In this document: positions 22,756-31,861 of the stretch, one piece after another
Numbering within the stretch: position 1 is the first letter of the stretch
How the letters are laid out: every line of letters begins with the position of its first letter
NCBI RefSeq assembly: GCF_009674535.1
Contig: NZ_WKJK01000009.1
Location: 28,099-60,098, forward strand
Direction of reading: 5' to 3'
Source of the DNA: Duganella guangzhouensis
GTDB taxonomy: Bacteria; Pseudomonadota; Gammaproteobacteria; Burkholderiales; Burkholderiaceae_D
Length of the DNA: 32,000 nt
Notes under the pieces: model-generated
Seen by the model: the letters and a program-made list of their open reading frames with translations, nothing else
What the model was told of the DNA's origin: nothing
Database searches by the model: none
Made by a program: the position numbers and the translations under genes

Positions 22756-25242
22756 TTAGTTACATGCATCGCCGGTGACGACCGGGATGGCCGAGCCACT
22801 GACCGTCATCCCGAATTCCACTGTATTGCCAGGATAAATGTCGTGATTCCAGCTCTGATTAGGTGTCGCTGTATAGGTCGGGCTGCTGCCTGTAACGGCG
22901 GCGTTCCAGTACCCTTGCACCACTGAGTTGTCTGTATAGGTCCAGGTGACCGACCAGCCGCTGATAACGGTGCTGCGGTTGTTGGTGATGCGTACCGCCG
23001 CGTTGTAGCCGCCCTGCCATGCTGCCGTGACCACGTAGCTGCATTGGTTGACCGGCTGGCTGGTGCCAGGACCGTTCGCCACCGCCGTCACAGCGACGTC
23101 ACCGCTGTCGTCCACCTGGCCGTAGGCGATGCCACGCCCGGCGGTACTCATGTAGACGCGGCCATACACATTGGTGTCGCCATTGATCATGTGCGCATTG
23201 CCGCTGCCGCCGTACTGGTGAGCGTCATCGTTGACGCGTACCCAAGTGGCACCGGCGTCGGTGGAACGCAACACGCCCTGCGTGGTGCCGACCGTACCGA
23301 TCATGTACAGCGTGGGATAGGACGATGCCGGCGCCGCCTTGCCGAAGCCAATCGCGCCGCATTGATTGACACTGGCGATTTTGCTGAAGCTGGCGCCGGA
23401 ATCGGTGGAACGCGTCAAGCCGCCGCCGTTCAGGCACACCCACACGTCGCCTTCCCTGCCCGGCGCCACACGAATGATGCTGGAGCCGCCGGAACCCGGA
23501 CTACCCTTGGCCACAAAACTGACGCCGCCATCGACGCTGGCCAGCAGGCTGCCGCCGTCATACGCATAGAACTTGGCCGGATTGACCGGATCGGCCACCG
23601 GGCGCGCATTGTTAACCGCCAGGCCGGTGACCGGCGTCCAGCTGCCACCGTAGTTGGTCGAGCGGTAGCTGGTGGTGGAGTCCGCAGGGCTGTGCAGCAG
23701 CACATAGCCATCGGCTGACAGCGCCAGTTGCCCCTGCGCGCCATTAATCACAGCCGATTTGTTCCAACTGGCGCCACCGTTGCTGCTGTAGTACAGCGAC
23801 GATCCGGCACGTGCCATGATGCGGCCATCCAGCGCGGCCACCGCCAGTCCGCTGGTGGTGCCCATCTGTGGACTGTGCTGGATGCCGTATTGCGCCGGAT
23901 CGGTGTTGAGGAAGCCATCGAAGTCGCCGATCACCGACACCAGCGGGCCATTCGGCACGGCCTCGAAGTTGAACGGCACCGTTTCCTCAATGCCGGCCAC
24001 GTCAAAGGCCCAGGTGGTGGTCGCGGCGTCGATATTGGCGGTCTTGAACAGGCCATTGCCCGAGCCTACCCACACGTTTTTAGCGTCAAACGGATCGAAT
24101 TCAATCGCTCCGGCCCAATGGATGGAAGCGCCATTGCTGATCCAGCCGACGCCTGCGCCATCCAGAGCGAAGCCGCGCGCCACCACGTCGGTCCAGCTGC
24201 GGCCCGCGTCCAGCGAAGTGTAGACGCGATCGCCGTAGCTGTTGGCGCCCTGCGGCAGCCAGGTGTTGATGGTGGACGCCACCAGGTGCTTGGGATTGGC
24301 CGGGTCCACGCTGATGCCGCTGTAAGGATGGGCCGCGCCAGCCGGCGTGATATTGGCCCAGTTGCCGCCGACCGCGTTGTATTCCCAGATCTGGCCATTG
24401 TCCATCGGCTCACCCGTGACAGGATATGGTCCCGCGCCGTTGGCGTACGTGATGTACAGCTTGCCCTTGGACGAAATCGCGGCGCGCTGCGGCATCAGCG
24501 CGGTGGTCGGGCCGCCCTTCACCGCCGTGAACGTGGCGCCACCGTCGGCGCTGAAGTACAGATTCGGGCCGACCGAGGCTAGCCGCGACACACCGACGAA
24601 AATGCGCTTGGCTGCTCCGGCGGTAGCGCTGGTCGGATCGAGCAGCACGAAGCTGATGCCGTTGTCGTTTGGCGTGGTGGTCAGATCCAGCCCGGCCAGG
24701 CGGTTCCAGGTCGCGCCATAGTCGCTACTCCGGTACAGTCCATTGCGGCGCGTGCCGGTGTACAGGACGTTGCTGGCGCCGGGATCGACCTGCAGCTTTT
24801 CGCCGTTCTGCCGGCCCATGCCATTGCCGTGCGCTTTGAACTGCGACGACACATCGATGACGGTGAAGTTCTTGCCATAGTCGCTCGAGCGCAGGATGGC
24901 GGTTTTACCGTTGCTGAAGTAGCTGGTGCCGGCCAACAGGTAGACGTTGGCGGCATTGCGTGGGTCGACTGCCAGCGATTCGATGCCCAGCAAGCCGATG
25001 TCCGCTTCACCGATCCAGTCGGTGAGTGGAATCCAGCGCGCGCTGTTCTGGTCCCAGCGGTAAGCGCCGCCGACGTCGGTGCGGGCATACACCACACCGC
25101 GCTCCGATTTGCTGGGAATGACGCCTGTGACAAAGCCGCCGCCGCCCATCGCCACCGCGTCCCAGCGGTAGTTCTCCGCTGTACAGGCGAGCGGCATCAC
25201 CAGCGCTGCCATCAGCAGCGCCAAGCCGTGTTGTGCCTTCAT
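22756..25242 (-). CDS. GH74 xyloglucanase-like glycoside hydrolase with a C-terminal CBM2 carbohydrate-binding module
   Basis: The ATG at 25242 is preceded by an SD (GGAGA). The signal peptide is MKAQHGLALLMAALVMPLACTA. The GH74-type N-terminus is YRWDAVAMGGGGFVTGVIPS...VYARTDVGGAYRWD, with repeated Asp-box/BNR-like S.D.G.TW motifs (SSDYGKNF, SSDYGATW, SLDAGRSW, STNYGGSW, STDSGASF, STDAGATW). The CBM2-like tail is CSYVVTAAWQGGYNAAVRITNN...WNAAVTGS...GDAC. Confidence 0.85.
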   Translation of the reverse strand: MKAQHGLALLMAALVMPLACTAENYRWDAVAMGGGGFVTGVIPSKSERGVVYARTDVGGAYRWDQNSARWIPLTDWIGEADIGLLGIESLAVDPRNAANVYLLAGTSYFSNGKTAILRSSDYGKNFTVIDVSSQFKAHGNGMGRQNGEKLQVDPGASNVLYTGTRRNGLYRSSDYGATWNRLAGLDLTTTPNDNGISFVLLDPTSATAGAAKRIFVGVSRLASVGPNLYFSADGGATFTAVKGGPTTALMPQRAAISSKGKLYITYANGAGPYPVTGEPMDNGQIWEYNAVGGNWANITPAGAAHPYSGISVDPANPKHLVASTINTWLPQGANSYGDRVYTSLDAGRSWTDVVARGFALDGAGVGWISNGASIHWAGAIEFDPFDAKNVWVGSGNGLFKTANIDAATTTWAFDVAGIEETVPFNFEAVPNGPLVSVIGDFDGFLNTDPAQYGIQHSPQMGTTSGLAVAALDGRIMARAGSSLYYSSNGGASWNKSAVINGAQGQLALSADGYVLLHSPADSTTSYRSTNYGGSWTPVTGLAVNNARPVADPVNPAKFYAYDGGSLLASVDGGVSFVAKGSPGSGGSSIIRVAPGREGDVWVCLNGGGLTRSTDSGASFSKIASVNQCGAIGFGKAAPASSYPTLYMIGTVGTTQGVLRSTDAGATWVRVNDDAHQYGGSGNAHMINGDTNVYGRVYMSTAGRGIAYGQVDDSGDVAVTAVANGPGTSQPVNQCSYVVTAAWQGGYNAAVRITNNRSTVISGWSVTWTYTDNSVVQGYWNAAVTGSSPTYTATPNQSWNHDIYPGNTVEFGMTVSGSAIPVVTGDACN

Positions 25243-25426
25243 TGATATCGTCTCCGTAGTTTTATAGTTATCGCGCATTAGCACGCGTGAAATTATTCTG
25301 AGACTGGTTTCACGCCGCCGCAATTACGAAAACCGCCAAACGCGGGAACGAAATTTGGCAGAGACCAAGGTTCACAATGCGTGGATGATCTACAATCTGC
25401 TTGCCAATACATCAACAAGAGGAACC

Positions 25427-26191
25427 ATGAATCTGATTGCTCCCGTAGTTTGTGTGGCCTTCGCCGGCGTGTCGGTGGTGTTGTGGTGGCGGCTGAGCCG
25501 CTCCCGGCGCGAAGCCTACATCCGTGACTTCATCCTGCCGCAAGGGCTGTTCGACAAGCTGCGCGCGCGGCATCCGCATTTGTCGGTCAAGGACTGTCAT
25601 CTGGTGGCGCAGGGGCTGCGCCAGTTCTTCCTCGCGCACCTGAAAAGCGGCCGCCGGTTCGTCTCCATGCCGTCGCAGGTGGTGGACGATTTGTGGCATG
25701 AGTTCATCCTCTATACTAAAAACTATCAGCAGTTCTGTGGCCGCGCTTTTGGACGCTTCCTGCATCACACACCGGCGGCAGTGCTGAAGAAAGGCCAGCA
25801 AGGCAATGGCGGCATACAGCGCGCCTGGTACTACGCTTGCCAGGAGGAGAACATCAATCCACGCCATCCCTCGCGCCTGCCGCTGCTGTTTGCGTTGGAT
25901 AGCAAGCTGAATATCGTGAATGGATTTGTCTACGTCCCCAATTGCGCTAGCGTGCAGCGGCAAGGCGATAGCAGCGGCGCCACGCCTTACTGCGGCGCCG
26001 ACTTGGGCGCCGCCGGTGCTGGCTGTGGCGGCGACAGCGATTTCAGTGATGGCGGCGGACATGGCCACGGTCACGGTCACGGCGGCGATGGTGGCGATGG
26101 CGGCGGCCACGGAGGTGGCGATGGTGGTGGCGATGGTGGTGGCGGGGACGGCGGCTGTGGCGGAGGTGGCTGCGGCGGTGGCGGAGACTAA
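25427..26191 (+). CDS. Membrane-anchored glycine-rich-domain protein (GRDP/DUF1399-like core with a Gly/His/Asp/Cys low-complexity tail)
   Basis: The ATG at 25427 follows an SD (AGAGGA). There is one N-terminal TM helix (LIAPVVCVAFAGVSVVLWW). The core motif VVDDLWHEFILYTKNYQQFC resembles the D..WH.H.L..Y motif of glycine-rich domain proteins. The C-terminal 45 aa are GGHGHGHGHGGDGGDGGGHGGGDGGGDGGGGDGGCGGGGCGGGGD. Confidence 0.6.
   Translation: MNLIAPVVCVAFAGVSVVLWWRLSRSRREAYIRDFILPQGLFDKLRARHPHLSVKDCHLVAQGLRQFFLAHLKSGRRFVSMPSQVVDDLWHEFILYTKNYQQFCGRAFGRFLHHTPAAVLKKGQQGNGGIQRAWYYACQEENINPRHPSRLPLLFALDSKLNIVNGFVYVPNCASVQRQGDSSGATPYCGADLGAAGAGCGGDSDFSDGGGHGHGHGHGGDGGDGGGHGGGDGGGDGGGGDGGCGGGGCGGGGD
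26048..26188 (+). repeat. Coding low-complexity GGN-rich imperfect tandem repeats (Gly/His/Asp/Cys tail)
   Basis: Units such as ggccacggtcacggtcac and ggcgatggtggtggcgatggtggtggc recur. The whole region is in frame within the 25427-26191 CDS. Confidence 0.7.
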
Positions 26192-26264
26192 TCATGAAAA
26201 TGATTAAATCGCACACACCGTTGACACAGTTGGAACCGATCCCGATACTAGACCTGCACTCCTT

Positions 26265-26310
26265 CCCTGCCGGCGACACTCTCCGCTAACTCCCGTCTCC
26301 GCCGGCAGGG
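26265..26310. terminator. Long-loop GC hairpin between convergent genes (CCCTGCCGGCG ... CGCCGGCAGGG)
   Basis: The arms are perfect 11-bp repeats (26265-26275 / 26300-26310) separated by a 24-nt loop, followed by CTTTCTC on the plus strand. It lies between the stop at 26189-26191 and the stop at 26319-26321. Confidence 0.4.
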
Positions 26311-26318
26311 CTTTCTCA

Positions 26319-26948
26319 TCACTCCAGAGGTGTCAGCGTAACGTGACGAAGTTCGTAAGGCGTCCCCTCCAGCTGGAAGCCGATGCGTCCCGATGCCGGC
26401 GATACCTGCGTCACCCGGTTCTGCGGCACACCGTTCAAAGTCACCTCCACCACGCCATCGCGACTGACGATATCGCATGCATTCCACTCGCCCACCGGCT
26501 TCTCGCTGTCCGCCGCCGTATGCGCCTTGATGCGGGTTTCGGCGCCCGGCGCGCTGGTCAGCGGTTCGGCAAAACTGCCGGCCGCCATCGGCAGCAAATC
26601 GCCAACATTGCCGTTCTTGGTCTGCACCTGCAAACTGACCGGCCACACGCGATCAAACACACCAGGGCTGATATGCAGCAACACACCGCTGTTGCCTGGC
26701 TTGCCGCTCCAGCGCCACTCCACGTGCAGCTTGTAGTTGCGGTAGTTCTGCTGCGTGGCCAGGAAGCCGGACGGTTTGCCGGTCGACGCGATCACGCCGT
26801 CCGGCAGCATGCGGAACGCATCGTCAACCACCGCCTCGGGTTGCGTCTTCAATTCCCAGCCGCTGAAATCGCGGCCGTTAAACAATTCCACCGCGCCCGC
26901 CGATTGCGCGGACAACGTTATGATCACTGCACTTAACCACTTGTTCAC
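26319..26948 (-). CDS. DUF1080 (3-keto-disaccharide hydrolase-like, concanavalin-type) secreted protein
   Basis: The GTG start at 26948 has an SD (AGGAG) 5 nt upstream. The signal peptide is MNKWLSAVIITLSAQSAGA. The motifs ELFNGRDFSGWE, GFLATQQNYRNYKLHVEWRW, GNSGVLLH and IGFQLEG are typical of DUF1080. Confidence 0.8.
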   Translation of the reverse strand: MNKWLSAVIITLSAQSAGAVELFNGRDFSGWELKTQPEAVVDDAFRMLPDGVIASTGKPSGFLATQQNYRNYKLHVEWRWSGKPGNSGVLLHISPGVFDRVWPVSLQVQTKNGNVGDLLPMAAGSFAEPLTSAPGAETRIKAHTAADSEKPVGEWNACDIVSRDGVVEVTLNGVPQNRVTQVSPASGRIGFQLEGTPYELRHVTLTPLE

Positions 26949-26960
26949 CTTGTCTCCTCT

Positions 26961-27875
26961 ATGAAAAAACTACTGCTTATTCTGATGTTCAGTGCCGCCG
27001 GACTCGCATGCGCCGCGCCGCCCAGCGTGATTCCATTGTGGCCGGAAGGCGTGCCTGGCAAGCGCGATATCGGTCCCGAAAAAATCGGCGACGGTTATAA
27101 CAGCAACGTCAGCGAGCCGACACTGACCATGGTCGGCCCGGCGGTCGATCACCCCAACGGCACCGCCATCATCATCTGCCCCGGCGGCGGCTACGTGCGC
27201 ATGTCCACAGCGCGCGAAGGCGACCAATACGCCACCTGGCTCAGCACCCTGGGCGTGACCAGTTTCGTGCTGAAGTATCGCATGCAGGAGTATGGACATC
27301 CAGCGCCGTTACAAGACGTGCTGCGCGCGGTACGCACACTGCGTTCACGCGCCGCCGAATTCGGCATTCGTCCCGACCGCATCGGCGTCATGGGCAGCTC
27401 GGCCGGTGGTCATCTGGCGGCCAGCGCCGGCACACTGTTCGACAGCCCGCTGGGCCGTACCGGTGCACCACTGGACAGCGTCAGCGCCCGGCCGGACTTC
27501 CTGATGCTGATGTACCCGGTCATCACCATGCAAGATCCAGCCGCGCACGCGGGTTCGCGCAAGGCGCTGCTGGGCGCCACGCCATCGCAGGAAAACCTGC
27601 AGCTGATGTCGCTGGAAAAGCAGGTCACGTCCGCCACCCCGCCCACGCTGCTGATCCACACCCAGGCCGATAGCGCGGTGCCGGTCGAGAACAGCATCCT
27701 GTTCTATCAGGCGCTGACCAAGGCCAAGGTGCCGGCCGAGATGTACTTGTTCGAACATGGTGGCCACGGCATGGGCATGCGCGATGGACTGGGCACCTCG
27801 TCGCTGTGGCCACGTCGCGCCGAAGAATGGCTGCGCGACCGTGGCCTGCTCACCCCAGTGACTCAAGCGAAGTAA
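26961..27875 (+). CDS. Secreted alpha/beta-hydrolase esterase (carbohydrate esterase / lipase fold-3 type)
   Basis: The signal peptide is MKKLLLILMFSAAGLACA. An oxyanion-type ICPGGGY is present, and the nucleophile elbow is GSSAGGHLA. The downstream D (QADSAVP) and H (EHGGHG) are consistent with a Ser-Asp-His triad. Confidence 0.8.
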   Translation: MKKLLLILMFSAAGLACAAPPSVIPLWPEGVPGKRDIGPEKIGDGYNSNVSEPTLTMVGPAVDHPNGTAIIICPGGGYVRMSTAREGDQYATWLSTLGVTSFVLKYRMQEYGHPAPLQDVLRAVRTLRSRAAEFGIRPDRIGVMGSSAGGHLAASAGTLFDSPLGRTGAPLDSVSARPDFLMLMYPVITMQDPAAHAGSRKALLGATPSQENLQLMSLEKQVTSATPPTLLIHTQADSAVPVENSILFYQALTKAKVPAEMYLFEHGGHGMGMRDGLGTSSLWPRRAEEWLRDRGLLTPVTQAK

Positions 27876-28180
27876 AACACCTGCTTGAGCGGCCATTCGC
27901 GGGGCCGGTTACCCGGCTCCACTTCCATCAGGTCCGCCATGTAGTCCCACCAGCGCTTCATCACCGCTTGCTGCGGCAGGTCGGCTATGCTGTTCTCGGG
28001 CCGCAGCTTCAGCACCGCGAACAACGACAGCGTTTCCTCGTCGAGGAAGATGGAGTAGTCGTAGATGCCGGCGGCACCCAGCGCGGCGCCGAGGTCCGGC
28101 CATAGTTCATCATGGCGGCGCTTGTATTCTTCCACAGTGCCGGGCTTCAATTGCATACGGAATGCGCGTGTCGTCGTCAT
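27863..28180 (-). CDS. rhaM: L-rhamnose mutarotase
   Basis: 105 aa from ATG 28180, which is 1 nt after the rhaI stop (TGAtATG). The sequence is RAFRMQLKPGTVEEYKRRHDELWPDL...GIYDYSIFLDEETLSLFAVLKL...WWDYMADLME, the typical RhaM/YiiL pattern. It lies in a rhamnose operon. Confidence 0.85.
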   Translation of the reverse strand: MTTTRAFRMQLKPGTVEEYKRRHDELWPDLGAALGAAGIYDYSIFLDEETLSLFAVLKLRPENSIADLPQQAVMKRWWDYMADLMEVEPGNRPREWPLKQVFYFA

Positions 28181-28181
28181 A

Positions 28182-29477
28182 TCACACGATCCCACTGCTG
28201 CTGGCACCGGCCTTCGCCGGACGCGCTTCCGCCACCCGCGCGCGATAGCCGCTGTGACGATAACAAGCCACCGGATCGATGGCGCCATCATTACGCACCC
28301 GCGCCATCGCCAGAATGGCGCTGACGTCGGTGCGGTAAGCCTGCTTCAGCGTCTGCGCCGCTTGCAGCGCATCGTTGGCTTCCTGATGCGCGCGCAGCGC
28401 CACCCGGTCCACCAACTGCGCCTGCACGAAGGCACGCTGCACTTCGACCGCGCTGCTCATCAGGCTCTCGATCGGATCGGTCACATTGTGCGACTGGTCC
28501 AGCATATAGGCTGGCTTGAAGGCCGCGCCGTCGCGCTGCGCCGCATCGGCCAGCTCGTTAAACACCAGGAACAGCTGGAACGGATTGATGCTGCCGGAAT
28601 CCAGGTCATCGTCACCGTATTTGCTGTCGTTGAAGTGGAAGCCACCCAGCTTGCCGAATTGCGCCAGCCGCGCGACGATCATCTCGATGTTGGTGTTGGG
28701 GGCGTGATGGCCCAGATCGACCAGGCAGCGCGCCTTGTCGCCCAGCGTTTGCGCGCAAGCGAAGCTGGTGCCCCAGTCAGCGATGGTGGTGGCGTAGAAC
28801 GCCGGCTCAAACAGCTTGTGTTCGATGAACAAGAGCCAGTCGGCCGGCAGCGCCGCATAAATGTCACGCATGCTGTCCAGATAGCGTTCCAGCGCGCCGC
28901 GCAGATTGTGTTGACCGGGGAAGTTGGCGCCATCGCCCACCCAGACCGTCAGCGCTTTTGAGCCAAGCGCTTTGCCCAGTTCTATGCATTCGATGTTATG
29001 CGCCACCGCCTGTGCGCGGGTGGCGGCGCTGGTCGCGGTCAGGCTGCCGTACTTGTAGCTGTGCTGCTGATCCACCTGATCCTGGAAGGTGTTGGAGTTG
29101 ACCGCGTCGAAGTACAAGCCATGCGCCTCCGCCTGCTGTCGCAGCGCGCGCGCATCGGTGGTTTTATCCCACGGGAAGTGCAGCGAAACGCCAGGCGTGG
29201 CGCGCGTCAGTTGGTGGATGACAGCGCAGTCGTCCAGTTTTTCAAATACATTGCGCGGTTCGCCGCGACCAGGAAAGCGCGCAAAACGCGTGCCGCCGGT
29301 GCCCACGCCCCAACTGGGCAAAGCCACGGCGAAGCGTTGCGCGGCTTCGGTCAGATGTTCGATGTCGACGCCGCGCCGGGCCAGCATGCCGCCCAGCGCT
29401 TCGTAGTCCGCATCCAGGCCGGCGCGCAGCTGAGCGTTATGCTCCGCCACGCGGCCGCTGTCGATGATGATGCTCAT
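28182..29477 (-). CDS. rhaI: L-rhamnose isomerase (rhizobial/Pseudomonas stutzeri type, xylose-isomerase-like TIM barrel)
   Basis: 431 aa from ATG 29477, with an SD (AGGAGA) upstream. The sequence FAVALPSWGVGTGGTRFARFPGRGEPRNVFEKLDDCAVIHQLT and the downstream HFPWD and FNDSKYGDDDLDSGS motifs match my recollection of this isomerase family. The gene is flanked by rhaM and the rhamnulose-1-P aldolase/SDR gene. Confidence 0.82.
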   Translation of the reverse strand: MSIIIDSGRVAEHNAQLRAGLDADYEALGGMLARRGVDIEHLTEAAQRFAVALPSWGVGTGGTRFARFPGRGEPRNVFEKLDDCAVIHQLTRATPGVSLHFPWDKTTDARALRQQAEAHGLYFDAVNSNTFQDQVDQQHSYKYGSLTATSAATRAQAVAHNIECIELGKALGSKALTVWVGDGANFPGQHNLRGALERYLDSMRDIYAALPADWLLFIEHKLFEPAFYATTIADWGTSFACAQTLGDKARCLVDLGHHAPNTNIEMIVARLAQFGKLGGFHFNDSKYGDDDLDSGSINPFQLFLVFNELADAAQRDGAAFKPAYMLDQSHNVTDPIESLMSSAVEVQRAFVQAQLVDRVALRAHQEANDALQAAQTLKQAYRTDVSAILAMARVRNDGAIDPVACYRHSGYRARVAEARPAKAGASSSGIV

Positions 29478-29496
29478 AGTGTCTCCTTGATTGCTC

Positions 29497-31593
29497 TTAT
29501 CGCGTGAATGCGCCCGCGTTGCCGGCGTCCACGTTGAGGATATTACCAGTGCTCTTGGCGGATTTGTCACTCGCCAGGAAGTACACCGCTTCCGCGATAT
29601 CCTCCGGTAGCACGCTCAGTTTCAACATGCTGCGGTCGCGGTAGAAGGCTTCGACGTCGTCGGTGCCGATCTTGTTCGACTGCGCGCGTTCTTCCTTCCA
29701 CTTGCCGTCCCAGATGCGCGAACCGCGTATCACCGCGTCCGGATTGACGACGTTGACGCGAATGCGGTGCGGTGCGCCTTCCAGCGCGATGCAGCGCGCC
29801 AGATGGATCTCAGCCGCCTTGGCGGTGCAGTAGGCCGACGCGCCGGCCGACGCCACCAATCCGTTTTTGCTGGCCACAAACACCATGCTGCCGCCCAGCT
29901 TCTGCTGCTTCATCATGCGGAAGGCGGCGCGGCTGGCCAGGAAGTAGCCCTTGACCAGGATGTCCTGATTGCGGTCCCACACCTCCAGCGAAGTATCCTC
30001 CAACGGCGACGACGACGCGATACCCGCGTTTGAAACCAGCAGATCCACCCCGCCGAAACGTAGCGCGGAGGCGCTCAACACCTGCTCCACCTGCTCCTCG
30101 CTAGTGATGTTGGCCACCACGCTGCCGACATTGTCCTTGCCGCCGACCTTGGCCAGATCCTTGTGCGCCTGCTCCAGCGCCTCGGCATCGATATCGGTCA
30201 ACAGCACGCAAGCACCTTCCTGCAGCAGCTGTTTGGCCACCGCCTGGCCGATGCCGCCGGCGCCGCCGGTCACCAGCGCGATGCGGCCGGCCAGGCTTTT
30301 CGGCTTGGGCATGCGCTGCAGTTTGGCTTCTTCCAGCAACCAGTATTCGATGTCGAAGGCTTCCTGTTCCGGCAGGCCGACGTAGCTGTCGACACCATTC
30401 GCGCCACGCATCACGTTAATCGCGTTGACATAAAACTCACCGGCGATACGCGCCGTCGCTTTGTCCTTGGCGAACGACAGCATGCCGACACCGGGAATCA
30501 GATAGATGATCGGATTAGCATCGCGCACCGCCGGGCTGTTAGCGTGCTTGCAGCGTTCATAGTAGGCCACGTAGTCGGCGCGGTACTGCGCCAGCGCGTC
30601 ATCGAGGCCGGCCACCACCGCATCCACATTGGGCTGGCGCGGATCGAAGTCGATCACGAAGGGACGAATTTTGGTGCGCAGGAAGTGATCCGGGCAGGAC
30701 GTGCCCAGCGCCGCCAACGGCTTCAAATCGGCGCTGCAGACAAATTCCAGCACCGCCGCGCTATCATCGAAGTGACCCAGCTTGTACTCGTCGCGGCTGA
30801 TTTTCCCGCGCAGCAGCGGCATCAGTTTCGCCGCCAGCGCGCTGCGCTCTTCCTGCGGCAGCGGCGCCACCGCCTGGCCGCCGAATACCGGCTGCTGCAC
30901 GTTCGCGGCCAGCCATTCTTCGGCGCGCTTGATGATGGCCAGCGTGGTTTCGTAGCAGGACTTGGCAGTGTCACCCCAGGTAAACAGGCCATGGCCTTCG
31001 AGGATGATGCCCTTCAGTTGCGGCTGCGATTGCGACAGCGCTTCCAGCTTCAGGCCCAGGTCATAACCGGGACGCTGCCACGGCAGCCAACCCAGTTCAC
31101 CCTCGAAGATCTTCTGCGTCAGCGCAGCGCTGCTGGCGCAAGCAGCAATCGCGATCACCGCATCCGGATGCATGTGATCGACGTGCTTGCGCGCGATGTA
31201 GGCATGCAGCGGCGTGTCGATACTGGCCGCACGCGGATTCAGATTGAAGGTGCAGTGTGGCAGATACGCCACCATTTCATCTTCATTCGCCAGTCCGCGA
31301 TAACGCCCTTTGAGCGCCTGCAGCTTGTCCATGTACAGCGTGGAGAAGCCATCCAGCTTGATGCTGCCAAGGTCACCGCCGGAGCCCTTCACCCACAACA
31401 CCTCCACCTGCTGGCCGCTGAGCGGATCTTCCATCATCACTTTGGCCGAGGTGTTCCCGCCGCCGAAATTGGTGATGCGCAGATCGGAGCCCAGCAGATT
31501 GGAACGGTACAGCAGCAGTTCCGGTTCGCTCATTTTGGCGGCGGCGGCATCGTCCCATAACGAGGTAATCGGGGCTGGCGCGGGTAGGTTCAT
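29497..31593 (-). CDS. Bifunctional rhamnulose-1-phosphate aldolase / short-chain dehydrogenase (lactaldehyde dehydrogenase-type)
   Basis: 698 aa. The N-terminal class II aldolase/adducin-like part is YRSNLLGSDLRITNFGGGNTSAKV...HVDHMHPD. The C-terminal SDR has TGGAGGIGQA (Rossmann), NAGI and the YCTAK catalytic Y-x3-K. An SD (GGAG) lies 7 nt upstream. Confidence 0.9.
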   Translation of the reverse strand: MNLPAPAPITSLWDDAAAAKMSEPELLLYRSNLLGSDLRITNFGGGNTSAKVMMEDPLSGQQVEVLWVKGSGGDLGSIKLDGFSTLYMDKLQALKGRYRGLANEDEMVAYLPHCTFNLNPRAASIDTPLHAYIARKHVDHMHPDAVIAIAACASSAALTQKIFEGELGWLPWQRPGYDLGLKLEALSQSQPQLKGIILEGHGLFTWGDTAKSCYETTLAIIKRAEEWLAANVQQPVFGGQAVAPLPQEERSALAAKLMPLLRGKISRDEYKLGHFDDSAAVLEFVCSADLKPLAALGTSCPDHFLRTKIRPFVIDFDPRQPNVDAVVAGLDDALAQYRADYVAYYERCKHANSPAVRDANPIIYLIPGVGMLSFAKDKATARIAGEFYVNAINVMRGANGVDSYVGLPEQEAFDIEYWLLEEAKLQRMPKPKSLAGRIALVTGGAGGIGQAVAKQLLQEGACVLLTDIDAEALEQAHKDLAKVGGKDNVGSVVANITSEEQVEQVLSASALRFGGVDLLVSNAGIASSSPLEDTSLEVWDRNQDILVKGYFLASRAAFRMMKQQKLGGSMVFVASKNGLVASAGASAYCTAKAAEIHLARCIALEGAPHRIRVNVVNPDAVIRGSRIWDGKWKEERAQSNKIGTDDVEAFYRDRSMLKLSVLPEDIAEAVYFLASDKSAKSTGNILNVDAGNAGAFTR

Positions 31594-31861
31594 TGCGGGT
31601 CTCCATGGTTGGCGTTTGATTCCAGCCAGTAGAAATCAGCGGCAGATGAGTGTCAATGCGGAAGCAATCAACTTGGTGACCAACAGAAGAAATAATCATA
31701 TCGATGATCGGTTAATGAAAGCGATCATTTCTTTTTATCGAAACAGTCAATTCCTTGATCGAAGTGTGATTGACGTCGCGAGATTAAACGTTTAGCCTAG
31801 ATATTAACAAACAGACACGCCGCAGTAAACGACGGTAGTAGTCACAATAAAGGAGACTGAA

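Noticed and set aside
21129-22778. 549-aa plus-strand ORF opposite the PEP-CTERM/GH5 gene, and a 187-aa minus-strand alternate-frame ORF at 21625-22188
   Set aside because: No motifs are present and the composition is that of off-frame GC-rich sequence. The GH5 frame is well supported.
26048-26188. Short tandem GGN repeats that could be mistaken for a noncoding repeat array or CRISPR
   Set aside because: The units are 6-12 nt, imperfect, without spacers, and fully in frame as a Gly-rich protein tail.
26189-26206. TAATCAT-gaaa-ATGATTA hairpin overlapping the stop codon of the Gly-rich protein gene
   Set aside because: The stem is an all-AT-rich 7 bp with no T tract and is too weak to call a terminator. 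The GC hairpin at 26265-26310 is the better candidate.
30163-31560. 465-aa ORF antisense to the aldolase/SDR gene
   Set aside because: It is a shadow ORF. The sense frame has Rossmann and Y-x3-K motifs.
31594-31861. Repeated ATCGA/GATCG-containing motifs in the rhamnose operon/DeoR divergent spacer as candidate DeoR operators
   Set aside because: By eye I could not define a consistent repeat unit longer than 6 nt. The region is plausibly regulatory but is not supported well enough to annotate.
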